Below, in pieces: positions 29,819 to 39,029 of a stretch of 64,000 bases of DNA. The position numbers were made by a program, and so were the translations under genes. The DNA lies in NCBI GenBank assembly GCA_963795085.1, contig CAWCFX010000003.1, positions 128,001 through 192,000 on the forward strand, written 5' to 3'. Each line of letters starts with the position of its first letter. The stretch's first letter is position 1. The notes under the pieces are model-generated. The model was not told the origin of the DNA. It searched no databases and saw nothing but the letters and a program-made list of their open reading frames with translations. This stretch comes from an uncultured Gemmatimonadales bacterium. GTDB taxonomy: Bacteria; Gemmatimonadota; Gemmatimonadetes; Gemmatimonadales; GWC2-71-9.

Positions 29819-31759
29819 TCACGGCGTCAATGATCGATCCTGGACTTCCCGGGCCACCCGTGCCACGAACTCCTCCACCTTGACGACTTCCTGTTTCCTG
29901 CCCGCGCCGCGAATCCGGAGCGCCAGGCTGTCCGACTCGGCTTCCCGCTGGCCGACCACGGCCATGTAGGGAACCTTTCCCACCTCTCCTTCGCGAACGC
30001 GGTAATTCAGGGTCTCGTTCCGGTCGTCGAGATGGACCCGGATCCCCGCCGCCCTGAGCCGTCCGGCCAGCGCCCGGGCCGCGTCGTTCTGGCTGTCCGA
30101 GATGGGAATCACCCGGACCTGCTCGGGCGACAGCCAGACCGGAAAGGCACCGGCGAAATGCTCGATCAGGTTGCCGGTAAACCGCTCCAGCGTTCCATAA
30201 ATGGCCCGGTGAATCATCACCGGCCGATGCGGCTTGTTGTCCGGCCCGGTGTATTCCAGCTCGAACCGTTCGGGCAGGTTGAAATCGAGCTGGATCGTGG
30301 GACCCTGCCAGAGCCGGCCGATGGCGTCCTTGAACTTGATGTCGATCTTGGGACCGTAGAACGCACCGCCGCCCTCGTCGATGCGGAACTCGATTCCCTG
30401 ACGGGTCAGGGCGCGCTGGAGAATCGCCTCGGCCCGCTCCCAGGTCGCGTCATCGCCCAGCCGCTCCGGCGGACGGGTGGAGACTTCGAAATCCAGTTCG
30501 AACCCGAAATTCTGCCGCACCAGCCGGTCCACCTGGCCCAGGCAGAGGAAGATCTCGTCCTCGACCTGGTCCAGCGTCGCGAAGATGTGGGCATCGTCCA
30601 TCGAGAGGCCCCGGACTCTGAGCAGGCCATGCAACGTCCCCGACCGTTCGTTCCGGTACACGTTGGCAACCTCGGACAGCCGGAGCGGGAGGTCCCGATA
30701 GCTGCGCTGCTGGCTCTTGTAGATGAGGCAGTGCATGGGACAGTTCATCGGCTTGACCCGGTAGCGCACGTCTTCGGCCTCTTCCTGGCCCGCCGCCATC
30801 GGGGGGTACTGGTTCGCCTCGTAGAGGGGGAGGTGCCCGGAAATCCGGAACAGTTCCTCCCGGGTCACGTTGGGCGTGGAGACCAGCTCGTAGCCGTGGG
30901 CCAGGTTGTCGTCTTCCACCGCGCGGGTGAGGAGGTGCTTGATGCGGGCCCCCTTGGGGTGCCAGAACACCAGCCCCGGCCCGACCACTTCCTGGATGGA
31001 AAACAGGTCCAGCGCCTTGCCGATGACCCGGTGGTCGCGCCGGCGCGCCTCCTCCAGCCGGTGGACATATCCCTCGAGGTCTTCCTTCTTGAACCAGGCG
31101 GTGCCGTAAATCCGCTGCAGCATCTGGCGCCGCTCGTCGCCCCGCCAGTAGGCGCCCGCGGCGGTGAGCAGCTTGAAATGCTTGAGCCGTCCGGTACTGG
31201 GCACGTGGGGACCGCGACAGAGGTCCACGAAGGGACCATCGGTATAGATCGTAATGGTCTCGTGGTCGCCCAGTTCGGCGATCCGCTCCAGCTTGAGGGG
31301 GTCGTCCGCGAACCGGCGGTTGGCCTCGGCCCGGTCCACCACTTCCCGCTGGAAGGGGTAATCCCGCCCCGCCACCTCGGCCATCCGCGCCTCGATCCGC
31401 TGGAGATCATCCGGGGTGAACGGGCGATCCACCTGGAAGTCGTAATAGAACCCGTCCTCGATTGGCGGACCGAAACCGATGCCGGCGCTGGGAAACAGCT
31501 CGCGCACCGCAGTCGCCAGGATGTGCGCCGTGGAGTGGCGCAGGAGCTCAAGGGCCGCCGGGTCCTTGTCGGTGACGATCGCCAGGGTGACGTCAGAGTC
31601 GAGGGGCCGGTCCAGATCCCACAACTGGTCATTGACCCGCCCAGCCAGCGCCGCCCGGGCCAGGCCGGGGCCGATCCCTTCGGCCACCTGGCGCACCGTG
31701 GTGCCCCGCGGCACCTCCCGGTGGCTGCCGTCGGGCAGGGTGACCCGGACCTGGCTCAC
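29819..31759 (-). CDS. thrS: Threonine--tRNA ligase
   Basis: TGS domain, HSTAH, DLCRGPH, RDHR, KPMNCP, YRNE, GAFYGPK, HRAIYG. Confidence 0.98.
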   Translation of the reverse strand: MSQVRVTLPDGSHREVPRGTTVRQVAEGIGPGLARAALAGRVNDQLWDLDRPLDSDVTLAIVTDKDPAALELLRHSTAHILATAVRELFPSAGIGFGPPIEDGFYYDFQVDRPFTPDDLQRIEARMAEVAGRDYPFQREVVDRAEANRRFADDPLKLERIAELGDHETITIYTDGPFVDLCRGPHVPSTGRLKHFKLLTAAGAYWRGDERRQMLQRIYGTAWFKKEDLEGYVHRLEEARRRDHRVIGKALDLFSIQEVVGPGLVFWHPKGARIKHLLTRAVEDDNLAHGYELVSTPNVTREELFRISGHLPLYEANQYPPMAAGQEEAEDVRYRVKPMNCPMHCLIYKSQQRSYRDLPLRLSEVANVYRNERSGTLHGLLRVRGLSMDDAHIFATLDQVEDEIFLCLGQVDRLVRQNFGFELDFEVSTRPPERLGDDATWERAEAILQRALTRQGIEFRIDEGGGAFYGPKIDIKFKDAIGRLWQGPTIQLDFNLPERFELEYTGPDNKPHRPVMIHRAIYGTLERFTGNLIEHFAGAFPVWLSPEQVRVIPISDSQNDAARALAGRLRAAGIRVHLDDRNETLNYRVREGEVGKVPYMAVVGQREAESDSLALRIRGAGRKQEVVKVEEFVARVAREVQDRSLTP

Positions 31760-31911
31760 GGGGTGCCCGCTTCCGCCGGTGCCACGGCGCCGGTGGGCCG
31801 ATCCAGGTCAACCGAAAAAAACAGCCCCACGCCGAGCAGGACGAGCAGCAACGGCACCAGCCAACGGGCCATTTCCCTGGCCGGGACCCGACTCTCGTCG
31901 TCTCGTAGCAT
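31756..31911 (-). CDS. Small single-TM protein upstream of thrS
   Basis: Hydrophobic WLVPLLLVLLGVGLFF; stop overlaps the thrS GTG; start uncertain. Confidence 0.5.
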   Translation of the reverse strand: MLRDDESRVPAREMARWLVPLLLVLLGVGLFFSVDLDRPTGAVAPAEAGTP

Positions 31912-32131
31912 AGGGTCGAAAAAAGGACTCGAGGAGGTGGTAGAGGGCCGGCCTACGGTACCGGGTTCCCCTGAAAATAGCCGCAAAGGGGCGTCAGGTG
32001 CAGGGTGGCCCCCGGGCCGCGGCGGCGGCCGGGGTGAAAGTCACCGAAAAATCGGGCGGTGGCCCTGCACCTAAGCGTCGATCTTAGTTAGCTTTGGACC
32101 TTCATCGGGACTTCAGGGCAGAGGAGCGGAC

Positions 32132-32563
32132 GTGGCACGCAAAGAGAAACTCTCCGGAGGGGAAGTCCTCGGCTGGACCCTCGCGGGGCTTACCACGGGG
32201 GTGTTGGGGGGCATGGCCCTGGCGGCCTTTCTGGGCCGCGGCAACCGGCGCCGGATCCGCCACGCCATTGACCAATGGCGGCCGCCGGCATCGCCGGTAC
32301 GCAACATCGTCACCCCGGCCCGCAGCACCCAGGCGGCGCTCGACGCCTCGCCGCTCAAGGATTTCCGAATCGAGGCCATCGGCGTCATGCCGGGCGTGGT
32401 GGAGCTGCACGGCTGGGTGCCAACCCGTGCCGTCCGGGCGACCGCCGGACGGATCGCCGCCAAGGTGCCCGGCATCGAGCGGGTCGTCAATTGCATCCTG
32501 GTGCGCGGGGAAGACGACCGGAACGCCCAGCCCGACCATCCGCGCGCCGACCAGTCCGCATGA
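32132..32563 (+). CDS. BON domain protein with N-terminal membrane anchor
   Basis: GVVELHGWV...AAKVPGIERVVNCI BON pattern; RBS GAGGAG; ATGA overlap with valS. Confidence 0.75.
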   Translation: MARKEKLSGGEVLGWTLAGLTTGVLGGMALAAFLGRGNRRRIRHAIDQWRPPASPVRNIVTPARSTQAALDASPLKDFRIEAIGVMPGVVELHGWVPTRAVRATAGRIAAKVPGIERVVNCILVRGEDDRNAQPDHPRADQSA

Positions 32564-35229
32564 GCGAGCCGCTCGCGCCGCAGTACGATCCCTCCCAAAT
32601 CGAGCCTGCCCTGTACCGCTGGTGGATGGACCAGGGACTCTTTGCGGCAACCGGGACCGGCAACGGTCGCTACGTCGTCATGATGCCGCCGCCCAATGTC
32701 ACCGCCAACCTGCACATGGGGCACGGGCTCAATAATACCATCCAGGACGTGCTGGTCCGGTTCGAGCGCATGCGGGGCCGCGACACCCTCTGGCTCCCGG
32801 GAACCGACCACGCCGGCATTGCCACCCAGAACGTGGTGGAGAAGCTGCTGGCCCGGGAGGGCAAGACCCGCTTCGACCTGGGCCGTGAGGCGTTCGAGCG
32901 CCTGGTGTGGGACCACGTCGGAAAGACCGGCGCCATCATCCTGGACCAGCTCAAGGCCATCGGTTCCAGCTGTGACTGGTCCCGTACCTACTTCACCCTG
33001 GACGAGGACCTTTCCCGCGCCGTGCGCGAGGTTTTCGTGCGGCTGTACGACCACGGGCTGGTGTATCGCGGCCACTACCTGATCAACTGGTGCCCCCGCT
33101 GCCTGACGGCCCTCTCCAACGAGGAAGCCGAGAAAGAAGAGGTGGACGGACACCTCTGGTACCTCCGCTACCCCGTCGCCACCGGGGAGACCATCACCGT
33201 CGCCACCACCCGGCCGGAGACCATGCTCGGGGACACGGCCGTGGCGGTTCACCCGCAGGATGCCCGGTATGCCAGCCTGGTAGGCGCCCTGGTGGATCTG
33301 CCGCTGACCGGCCGCCGGATCCCGGTCATCGCGGACGCGGGCATCGACCCGGCCTTCGGCACCGGTGCCGTGAAGGTGACCCCGGCCCACGACCCTCTCG
33401 ACTTCGAGATCGGCCAGCGCCACGGGCTGGAAAGCCTCGACATTTTCACGCCGGACGCGCGCATCGCCGAGACGGCGCCGGAACCATTCCGCGGCCTGGA
33501 CCGCTTCGAAGCCCGCAAGCGAGTGGTCCAGGCCTTCAAGGACCAGGGCCTGCTGGACAAGGTCGAGAATCATCGCCATGCTGTCGGCCACTGCTACCGC
33601 TGCGGCACCGTCATCGAGCCCCGGCTGTCGGACCAGTGGTTCGTCAAGATGGCCCCGCTGGCGCGGAAAGCCCTGGCCGCGTACCACAAGGACAAGGTCC
33701 GGTTCATTCCCGAGCGGCGGGGCGACGAATACGTCCAGTGGATGGAGAATATCCGCGACTGGTGTATCTCGCGGCAACTCTGGTGGGGACACCGGATCCC
33801 GGTGTGGTACTGCCTCGACGAGGCCTGCGGCCGGATGACGGCCAGCACCACCGACATCACGGCCTGCCCCGGGTGCGGCGGCGCGGTGCGGCAGGACGAG
33901 GACGTGCTCGATACCTGGTTCTCTTCCCAGCTGGTGCCCTTCTCCAGCCTGGGCTGGCCCGACGATACGGCGGACCTGCGGGCCTACTACCCGGGCCACG
34001 CGCTGGTTACCGCCCCTGAAATTCTGTTCTTCTGGGTGGCCCGGATGATCATGGCCGGCCTCGAGTTCATGGGCGACGTGCCGTTCCACACCGTCTACCT
34101 CCACGGCACGGTCCGGGACACCCAGCATCGCAAGATGTCCAAGTCGCTCGGCAACGGGATCGACCCGCTCGAGGTGGTGGAGCAGTATGGCGCCGACGCG
34201 CTCCGCTACACCGTGGTGTCCGGTATGGCTGTCGGCACCGACCTCATTCTCGACCCCGCCGACCTGGAGAGTTCGTTCGCCGCGGGCCGCAACTTCGCGA
34301 ACAAGCTGTGGAACGCGGGCCGCTTCATCCTGGGCAACCTCGACGGACCGACCCGGCCCCTGGCCGGCGACTGGCCCGACGTGGTGAAGCGCGAGGAACT
34401 CGCCTTGGCGGACCGCTGGATCATCGCCCGCTGCGATGCCACCGTCGCCGCCGCGACCGAGGCCTACGAGCGCTACCGGTTTAACGAGGCGGCCGCCGCG
34501 GTGTATCGCTTCATCTGGAGCGACCTGGCCGACTGGTACATCGAGCAGATCAAACCGCGGCTCTACGGCGACACCGAGGGCGGCGATGTGGCCCGCGCGG
34601 TGGCGGCAGCCACCTTCGAGACCGCGCTGCGGCTGCTTCACCCCATCATGCCGTTCATCACCGAGACGCTGTGGCGCCGGCTGCCGGGACGGGACGGCGC
34701 CAGCGTCAGCCGGGCCCCCTGGCCAGGCCGGGACGGCCGAGCCCACGATCCCACGGCCCTCAAGGAGTTCGAGCTGGTCCAGGAACTGGTCAGTGCCATC
34801 CGCAGCGTCCGCGCCGAGTACGGGGTGCAGCCGGGCCAGGCGGTGCGGGCCAGCGTGGTCCCCGGTTCTCCCCAGGCGGATCGTGCCTTCCGGGCCGAGC
34901 GAGGCACCATCCTGCGGTTGGCCCGGCTGTCCGATCTCGCCGCCGGGGAACCCGCCGGCGACGCCGGCGCCACCATGGTACTCTCCGATGGAAGTTCGGT
35001 CGCCATGCCGCTGGGCGACCTGGTAGATCTGGACAAGGAATGCCGCCGGCTCACCGGCGAACAGGAGCGGCTGCAGCGCCTGGTGGCCAGCCAGGACGCA
35101 AAGCTGGCCAACGACCAGTTCGTCAGCCGGGCCCCGCCGGCGGTGGTGGAGCGGGAGCGGCAGAAACTGGCTGACTGGAACGAGCAGGTCTCGGTGCTCC
35201 GGGAAAAACTGGAGCGGCTGGGGTGCTGA
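32560..35229 (+). CDS. valS: Valine--tRNA ligase
   Basis: PPPNVT..LHMGH, GTDHAGIATQ, DWCISRQLWWGH, KMSKS, C-terminal coiled coil; true start at ATG 32560. Confidence 0.98.
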   Translation: MSEPLAPQYDPSQIEPALYRWWMDQGLFAATGTGNGRYVVMMPPPNVTANLHMGHGLNNTIQDVLVRFERMRGRDTLWLPGTDHAGIATQNVVEKLLAREGKTRFDLGREAFERLVWDHVGKTGAIILDQLKAIGSSCDWSRTYFTLDEDLSRAVREVFVRLYDHGLVYRGHYLINWCPRCLTALSNEEAEKEEVDGHLWYLRYPVATGETITVATTRPETMLGDTAVAVHPQDARYASLVGALVDLPLTGRRIPVIADAGIDPAFGTGAVKVTPAHDPLDFEIGQRHGLESLDIFTPDARIAETAPEPFRGLDRFEARKRVVQAFKDQGLLDKVENHRHAVGHCYRCGTVIEPRLSDQWFVKMAPLARKALAAYHKDKVRFIPERRGDEYVQWMENIRDWCISRQLWWGHRIPVWYCLDEACGRMTASTTDITACPGCGGAVRQDEDVLDTWFSSQLVPFSSLGWPDDTADLRAYYPGHALVTAPEILFFWVARMIMAGLEFMGDVPFHTVYLHGTVRDTQHRKMSKSLGNGIDPLEVVEQYGADALRYTVVSGMAVGTDLILDPADLESSFAAGRNFANKLWNAGRFILGNLDGPTRPLAGDWPDVVKREELALADRWIIARCDATVAAATEAYERYRFNEAAAAVYRFIWSDLADWYIEQIKPRLYGDTEGGDVARAVAAATFETALRLLHPIMPFITETLWRRLPGRDGASVSRAPWPGRDGRAHDPTALKEFELVQELVSAIRSVRAEYGVQPGQAVRASVVPGSPQADRAFRAERGTILRLARLSDLAAGEPAGDAGATMVLSDGSSVAMPLGDLVDLDKECRRLTGEQERLQRLVASQDAKLANDQFVSRAPPAVVERERQKLADWNEQVSVLREKLERLGC

Positions 35230-36509
35230 GCCGGACTGTCCCCGCCTCCCTCGCCCTGCTGGCCCTCGCCGCCGCGGCCTGCGCCCGGATGGAACCACCG
35301 CCGGGTGGTCCTCCCGACAACTCGCCCCCCGTCCTCCTCGCCACCCGTCCGGAATCTTTGGCGGTCATTCCCGGGTTCGACGGCGCGGTGGAGTTCACGT
35401 TCGACGAGGTCATCACCGAAGGCAGCCAGCCCAGCATGGGACTGGGCACCAGCGAACTGGAGCGGCTCATCATGTTGAGCCCCAGTGACAACGTCCCCAG
35501 GGTCCGGTGGAAGCGGCAAGTCCTCGCGGTGGAACCAAAAGAGGGATGGCGGCCCGACCGGGTGTACCGGGTCGAACTGCTGCCCGGGGTGGCCGACCTG
35601 CAGCGGAACCGGCTCGATTCCGGCACCGTGGTGACCTTTACGACCGGGGCGCCGGCGCCCACGGTGACCCTCACCGGGCAGGTCGTGGACTGGGGGACCG
35701 GCCGGATGGCCAGGCAGGCCCTGGTCGAAGCGGTGCTGCTGCCTGATTCGCTGGGGTATCGCACCGTGAGCGACAGCGGCGGGCGCTTCACCATGGGTCC
35801 CCTGCCCCGCGGCGACTATCTCGTGTACGGGGTGATCGATCAGAACCGGAACAGCCGGCGCGATCTGCGCGACAACTATGACACCACCCGGGTACGGGCC
35901 GATTCCACGGTCGCGGTGGCGCCGCTGTGGGCCTTTCCCCGGGATACCGTGGGGCCACGCCTCCAGGCGCTCACCGCGCCGGACAGCATGACGGTGGACC
36001 TCGCCTTCAACCAGATGCTGGATCCCTACCAGGCCGTGGACACGGGCAACATTCGGATCCGGCTGCTTCCCGACTCCACCGCCATCCCCGTGCTGTCGCT
36101 CCGCTCCCGGGCGGCCGACGACAGCCTGCAGCGGGCCGCTCGAGCGGCCGCCGATACCAGCCGCCAGGTCGATACCACCCGGGCCGCGCTGGACTCGGCC
36201 CGGCGGGTCGCGGAGGAGCGGCTCAAGCAGGCGGCGCCCGGGGACGTCCCCGAGAGCGACCGGACCCTGCTGGGATCCCGCCCCCCCCTGTACGACCATC
36301 TCATCGCACGGACTGGAGTCCCTCTGGCGCCCGGACGGCAGTACCTGGTCGAGGTCCTCGCGGCGCGAAATGTCAACGGCGTAGCCGCCGAGTCCCGGCT
36401 TTCATTCCGGGTGCCGGAACGGCCGCCTGCCCCGGCGCCGGCCGATTCGGCTCCTGCCATCCCGGCCGATTCCGTGCGGCCTGACCCGACTCCTCCACCC
36501 GGCCCATGA
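35223..36509 (+). CDS. Lipoprotein with Ig-like (Big_5-type) domain
   Basis: Lipobox-like LAAAAC, then CARMEPPPGGPPD and FTFDE...YRVEL..GVADL..N pattern. Confidence 0.7.
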   Translation: MLSRTVPASLALLALAAAACARMEPPPGGPPDNSPPVLLATRPESLAVIPGFDGAVEFTFDEVITEGSQPSMGLGTSELERLIMLSPSDNVPRVRWKRQVLAVEPKEGWRPDRVYRVELLPGVADLQRNRLDSGTVVTFTTGAPAPTVTLTGQVVDWGTGRMARQALVEAVLLPDSLGYRTVSDSGGRFTMGPLPRGDYLVYGVIDQNRNSRRDLRDNYDTTRVRADSTVAVAPLWAFPRDTVGPRLQALTAPDSMTVDLAFNQMLDPYQAVDTGNIRIRLLPDSTAIPVLSLRSRAADDSLQRAARAAADTSRQVDTTRAALDSARRVAEERLKQAAPGDVPESDRTLLGSRPPLYDHLIARTGVPLAPGRQYLVEVLAARNVNGVAAESRLSFRVPERPPAPAPADSAPAIPADSVRPDPTPPPGP

Positions 36510-37873
36510 CCGATTCCCGCCGGGACCTTCCTTCGGTGGACAAGCTGCTCCGGGAGCCGGAGGTGGCATTGCTCCTGTCCCAGGCGCCTCGACCGGTGGT
36601 GCTGGCGGCGGTGCGCGAAGCGCTCGATGCAGCCCGGCGTCTGCGCGGCGGCGTCCCCCCGAACTGGGCCGAGGACATCGGCGACCGGGTTGCCCGCCGC
36701 ACCGTCCGGTCACTCCGCCCCCTGCTCAACGCCACCGGCGTGGTCCTCCATACCAACCTGGGCCGGGCTCCGCTGGCCGCCGTGGCGGTCGACGCGATGA
36801 CCTCGGTGGCCAGCGGCTACAGCGCGCTGGAATACGATCTCCATTCCGGCACCCGTGGTCACCGCGCCGATCACTGCCGCGACCTGCTGGCCGAGCTGAC
36901 CGGGGCGGAGGATGGGCTGGTGGTGAACAACGCGGCCGGCGGCCTGGTCCTGGTGCTGAACGAACTCACCGCCGGCCGCGAGGTCCTTATTTCCCGGGGC
37001 GAGCTGATCGAGATCGGGGGCTCGTTCCGGATTCCCGAGATCATGGCCCGGAGCGGGGCACTCCTCCGCGAGATCGGCACCACCAACCGCACCGACCTGG
37101 CCGACTACCGGCGCGGACTGGAAGCCGGTGCCAGCGCGATTCTCACGGTGCACCGCTCCAACTTCGAACAGGTCGGGTTTGTGCATACTCCCGGCTCCGC
37201 CGAACTCGCGGAACTCGCCCGCGAGTTCAGCGTCCCATACATCCACGATGTGGGCAGCGGGTTGCTGGCCGACCTTTCCAGCCACGGTCTCACCGGCGAG
37301 CCCCGGGTCACGGAGGCGGTCGCCGCCGGCCCCACCATCGTGCTCTTCAGCGGTGACAAGCTCCTGGGCGGGCCCCAGGCCGGGTGCCTGGTGGGGCGGC
37401 GCGACGCCATCGCGCGCTGCCGCCGGAACCCCTTCGCCCGGGCCATGCGCGCCGACAAGCTCACCCTGGCCGCCCTGGAGGCAACCCTGGCGCTGTATCG
37501 CGATCCCCAGGGCGCCTGCTCCGCGATTCCGGTGCTGCGCATGCTGACCATGCCGGAGAGCGAACTCGCCCGGCTGGCCGGGCTGCTTGCCGGGCGGATC
37601 CCCGGGGCGTACCAACCCGAGATCCTCACCGCCGGCTCGGCGGTGGGCGGCGGCTCCTTTCCCTCGGCCCTGCTGCCGACCCGGATCGTCGCGCTCACGC
37701 CGGGCGAGCGGGGCGCCGACGAACTCGCCCTGCGGCTCCGCCTCGGCGACCCGCCCATTGTCGCCCGGGTACAGGATGGCCGGGTGCTGCTGGACCCGCG
37801 GACCCTTCCCGAATCCTCCTTCGGTGACATCGGCCGGGCGCTCGGCGACATCGGCCGGGCGCTCCTGGAATGA
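36506..37873 (+). CDS. selA: L-seryl-tRNA(Sec) selenium transferase
   Basis: LPSVD, NATGVVLHTNLGRAP, VNNAA, SRGELIEIGGSFRIP, GTTNRT, FSGDKLLGGPQAG. Confidence 0.95.
   Translation: MTDSRRDLPSVDKLLREPEVALLLSQAPRPVVLAAVREALDAARRLRGGVPPNWAEDIGDRVARRTVRSLRPLLNATGVVLHTNLGRAPLAAVAVDAMTSVASGYSALEYDLHSGTRGHRADHCRDLLAELTGAEDGLVVNNAAGGLVLVLNELTAGREVLISRGELIEIGGSFRIPEIMARSGALLREIGTTNRTDLADYRRGLEAGASAILTVHRSNFEQVGFVHTPGSAELAELAREFSVPYIHDVGSGLLADLSSHGLTGEPRVTEAVAAGPTIVLFSGDKLLGGPQAGCLVGRRDAIARCRRNPFARAMRADKLTLAALEATLALYRDPQGACSAIPVLRMLTMPESELARLAGLLAGRIPGAYQPEILTAGSAVGGGSFPSALLPTRIVALTPGERGADELALRLRLGDPPIVARVQDGRVLLDPRTLPESSFGDIGRALGDIGRALLE
37821..37864 (+). repeat. 21-bp tandem duplication at the 3' end of selA
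   Basis: TCGGTGACATCGGCCGGGCGC / TCGGCGACATCGGCCGGGCGC, encoding GDIGRAL twice. Confidence 0.85.
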
Positions 37874-38418
37874 CGCGCGCCGTTTTTCTCGATCGCGACG
37901 GCACCCTCATCGAGGACCCGGGCTACCTCGGCGATCCGGCCGCAGTCCGGCTGCTGCCCGGCGCCGCCGCCTCGGTGAGCCGCCTCAACGAGGCCGGCCT
38001 CCTGGCGATTGTAGTAACCAACCAGTCGGGAATCGCCCGGGGGCGCCTGACCGAGGACGACTACCAGGCTGTCGCCGCCCGCCTGGATGCCCTCCTCCGG
38101 GCCGAGGGGGCCCGACTCGATGCGCAGTACTTCTGCCCCCACCTGCCCGAACTCAGCGGCCCCTGTGAATGCCGAAAGCCCGGCACCCTGCTTTTCCGGC
38201 AGGCGGCGGACCGGTTCGGGATCGACTTGGTAGAGAGCTGGTGGGTGGGAGACCGCCTGCGCGACGCCGAACCTGCGGCGACCCTGGGCGGCACCGGAAT
38301 CCTGCTCACCGGGCGGGCCCGGGACGCTGAAGCCGAGGCGGCGGAGCAACGCGGCTTCCTGACAATTTCTACCCTGCCGGAAGCGGTGGAACGCCTTATT
38401 TTGCCGCGATGCCAATGA
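37870..38418 (+). CDS. gmhB: D-glycero-D-manno-heptose 1,7-bisphosphate phosphatase (HAD IIIA)
   Basis: FLDRDGT, VTNQSGIARG, CPH...CECRKP, VGDRLRD. Confidence 0.88.
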   Translation: MTRAVFLDRDGTLIEDPGYLGDPAAVRLLPGAAASVSRLNEAGLLAIVVTNQSGIARGRLTEDDYQAVAARLDALLRAEGARLDAQYFCPHLPELSGPCECRKPGTLLFRQAADRFGIDLVESWWVGDRLRDAEPAATLGGTGILLTGRARDAEAEAAEQRGFLTISTLPEAVERLILPRCQ

Positions 38419-39002
38419 GGATCGCGGTGGCGGTATCGGGCCGGGGCAGCAACCTCGAAGCGCTGCTGGACCGGTTGGAGCAGGAATCCGCCGCCGCAAT
38501 CGTACTGGTGTTGAGCAACATGGCCACGGCCGGCGCACTGGCCCGGGCCCGGGAGCGAGAGATTCCCGCTGCTGTGCTGGAGGACCCCGCCGATGCGTCG
38601 GAATGGCTGCGGCACCTTGACGGAGCCGCGGTGGACCTGCTGGTGCTGGCCGGCTATCTCAAGCTGGTGCCGGCCGCGGTGGTACACCGCTACCGGGGGC
38701 GGATCATCAACATCCACCCGGCGCTGCTGCCCGATTTCGGCGGGCCCGGCATGTACGGCGCGCGGGTGCACGCCGCGGTCCTGGCCAGCGGGGCTCGGGA
38801 ATCCGGGGCCACGGTGCACTTGGTGGACGAAGTCTACGACCGGGGCGAGATCCTGGGCCAGGCCCGGGTCCCGGTGACAACCGGCGACTCGGTGGAACAA
38901 CTCGCCGAGCGGGTGCTCCAGGCCGAGCACCGGCTGCTGCCTGCGGCAGTACTGGCGGCGGCCCGGGCCGGCCGCCCCGTGACCTTTCGCCTGGAAGACT
39001 GA
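38415..39002 (+). CDS. purN: Phosphoribosylglycinamide formyltransferase
   Basis: SGRGSNL, LAGY, INIHPALLP, GATVHLVD..YDRG. Confidence 0.96.
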   Translation: MRIAVAVSGRGSNLEALLDRLEQESAAAIVLVLSNMATAGALARAREREIPAAVLEDPADASEWLRHLDGAAVDLLVLAGYLKLVPAAVVHRYRGRIINIHPALLPDFGGPGMYGARVHAAVLASGARESGATVHLVDEVYDRGEILGQARVPVTTGDSVEQLAERVLQAEHRLLPAAVLAAARAGRPVTFRLED

Positions 39003-39029
39003 CCAGCCAAATCCGAGGGGGAAGCATTC

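Noticed and set aside
32275..32559. N-terminal extensions given by the ORF track for valS (also MIP, CPBP, bioY, MFP and lipoprotein A)
   Set aside because: The extensions overlap upstream genes; stop/start overlaps, RBS position or signal peptides indicate the shorter starts.
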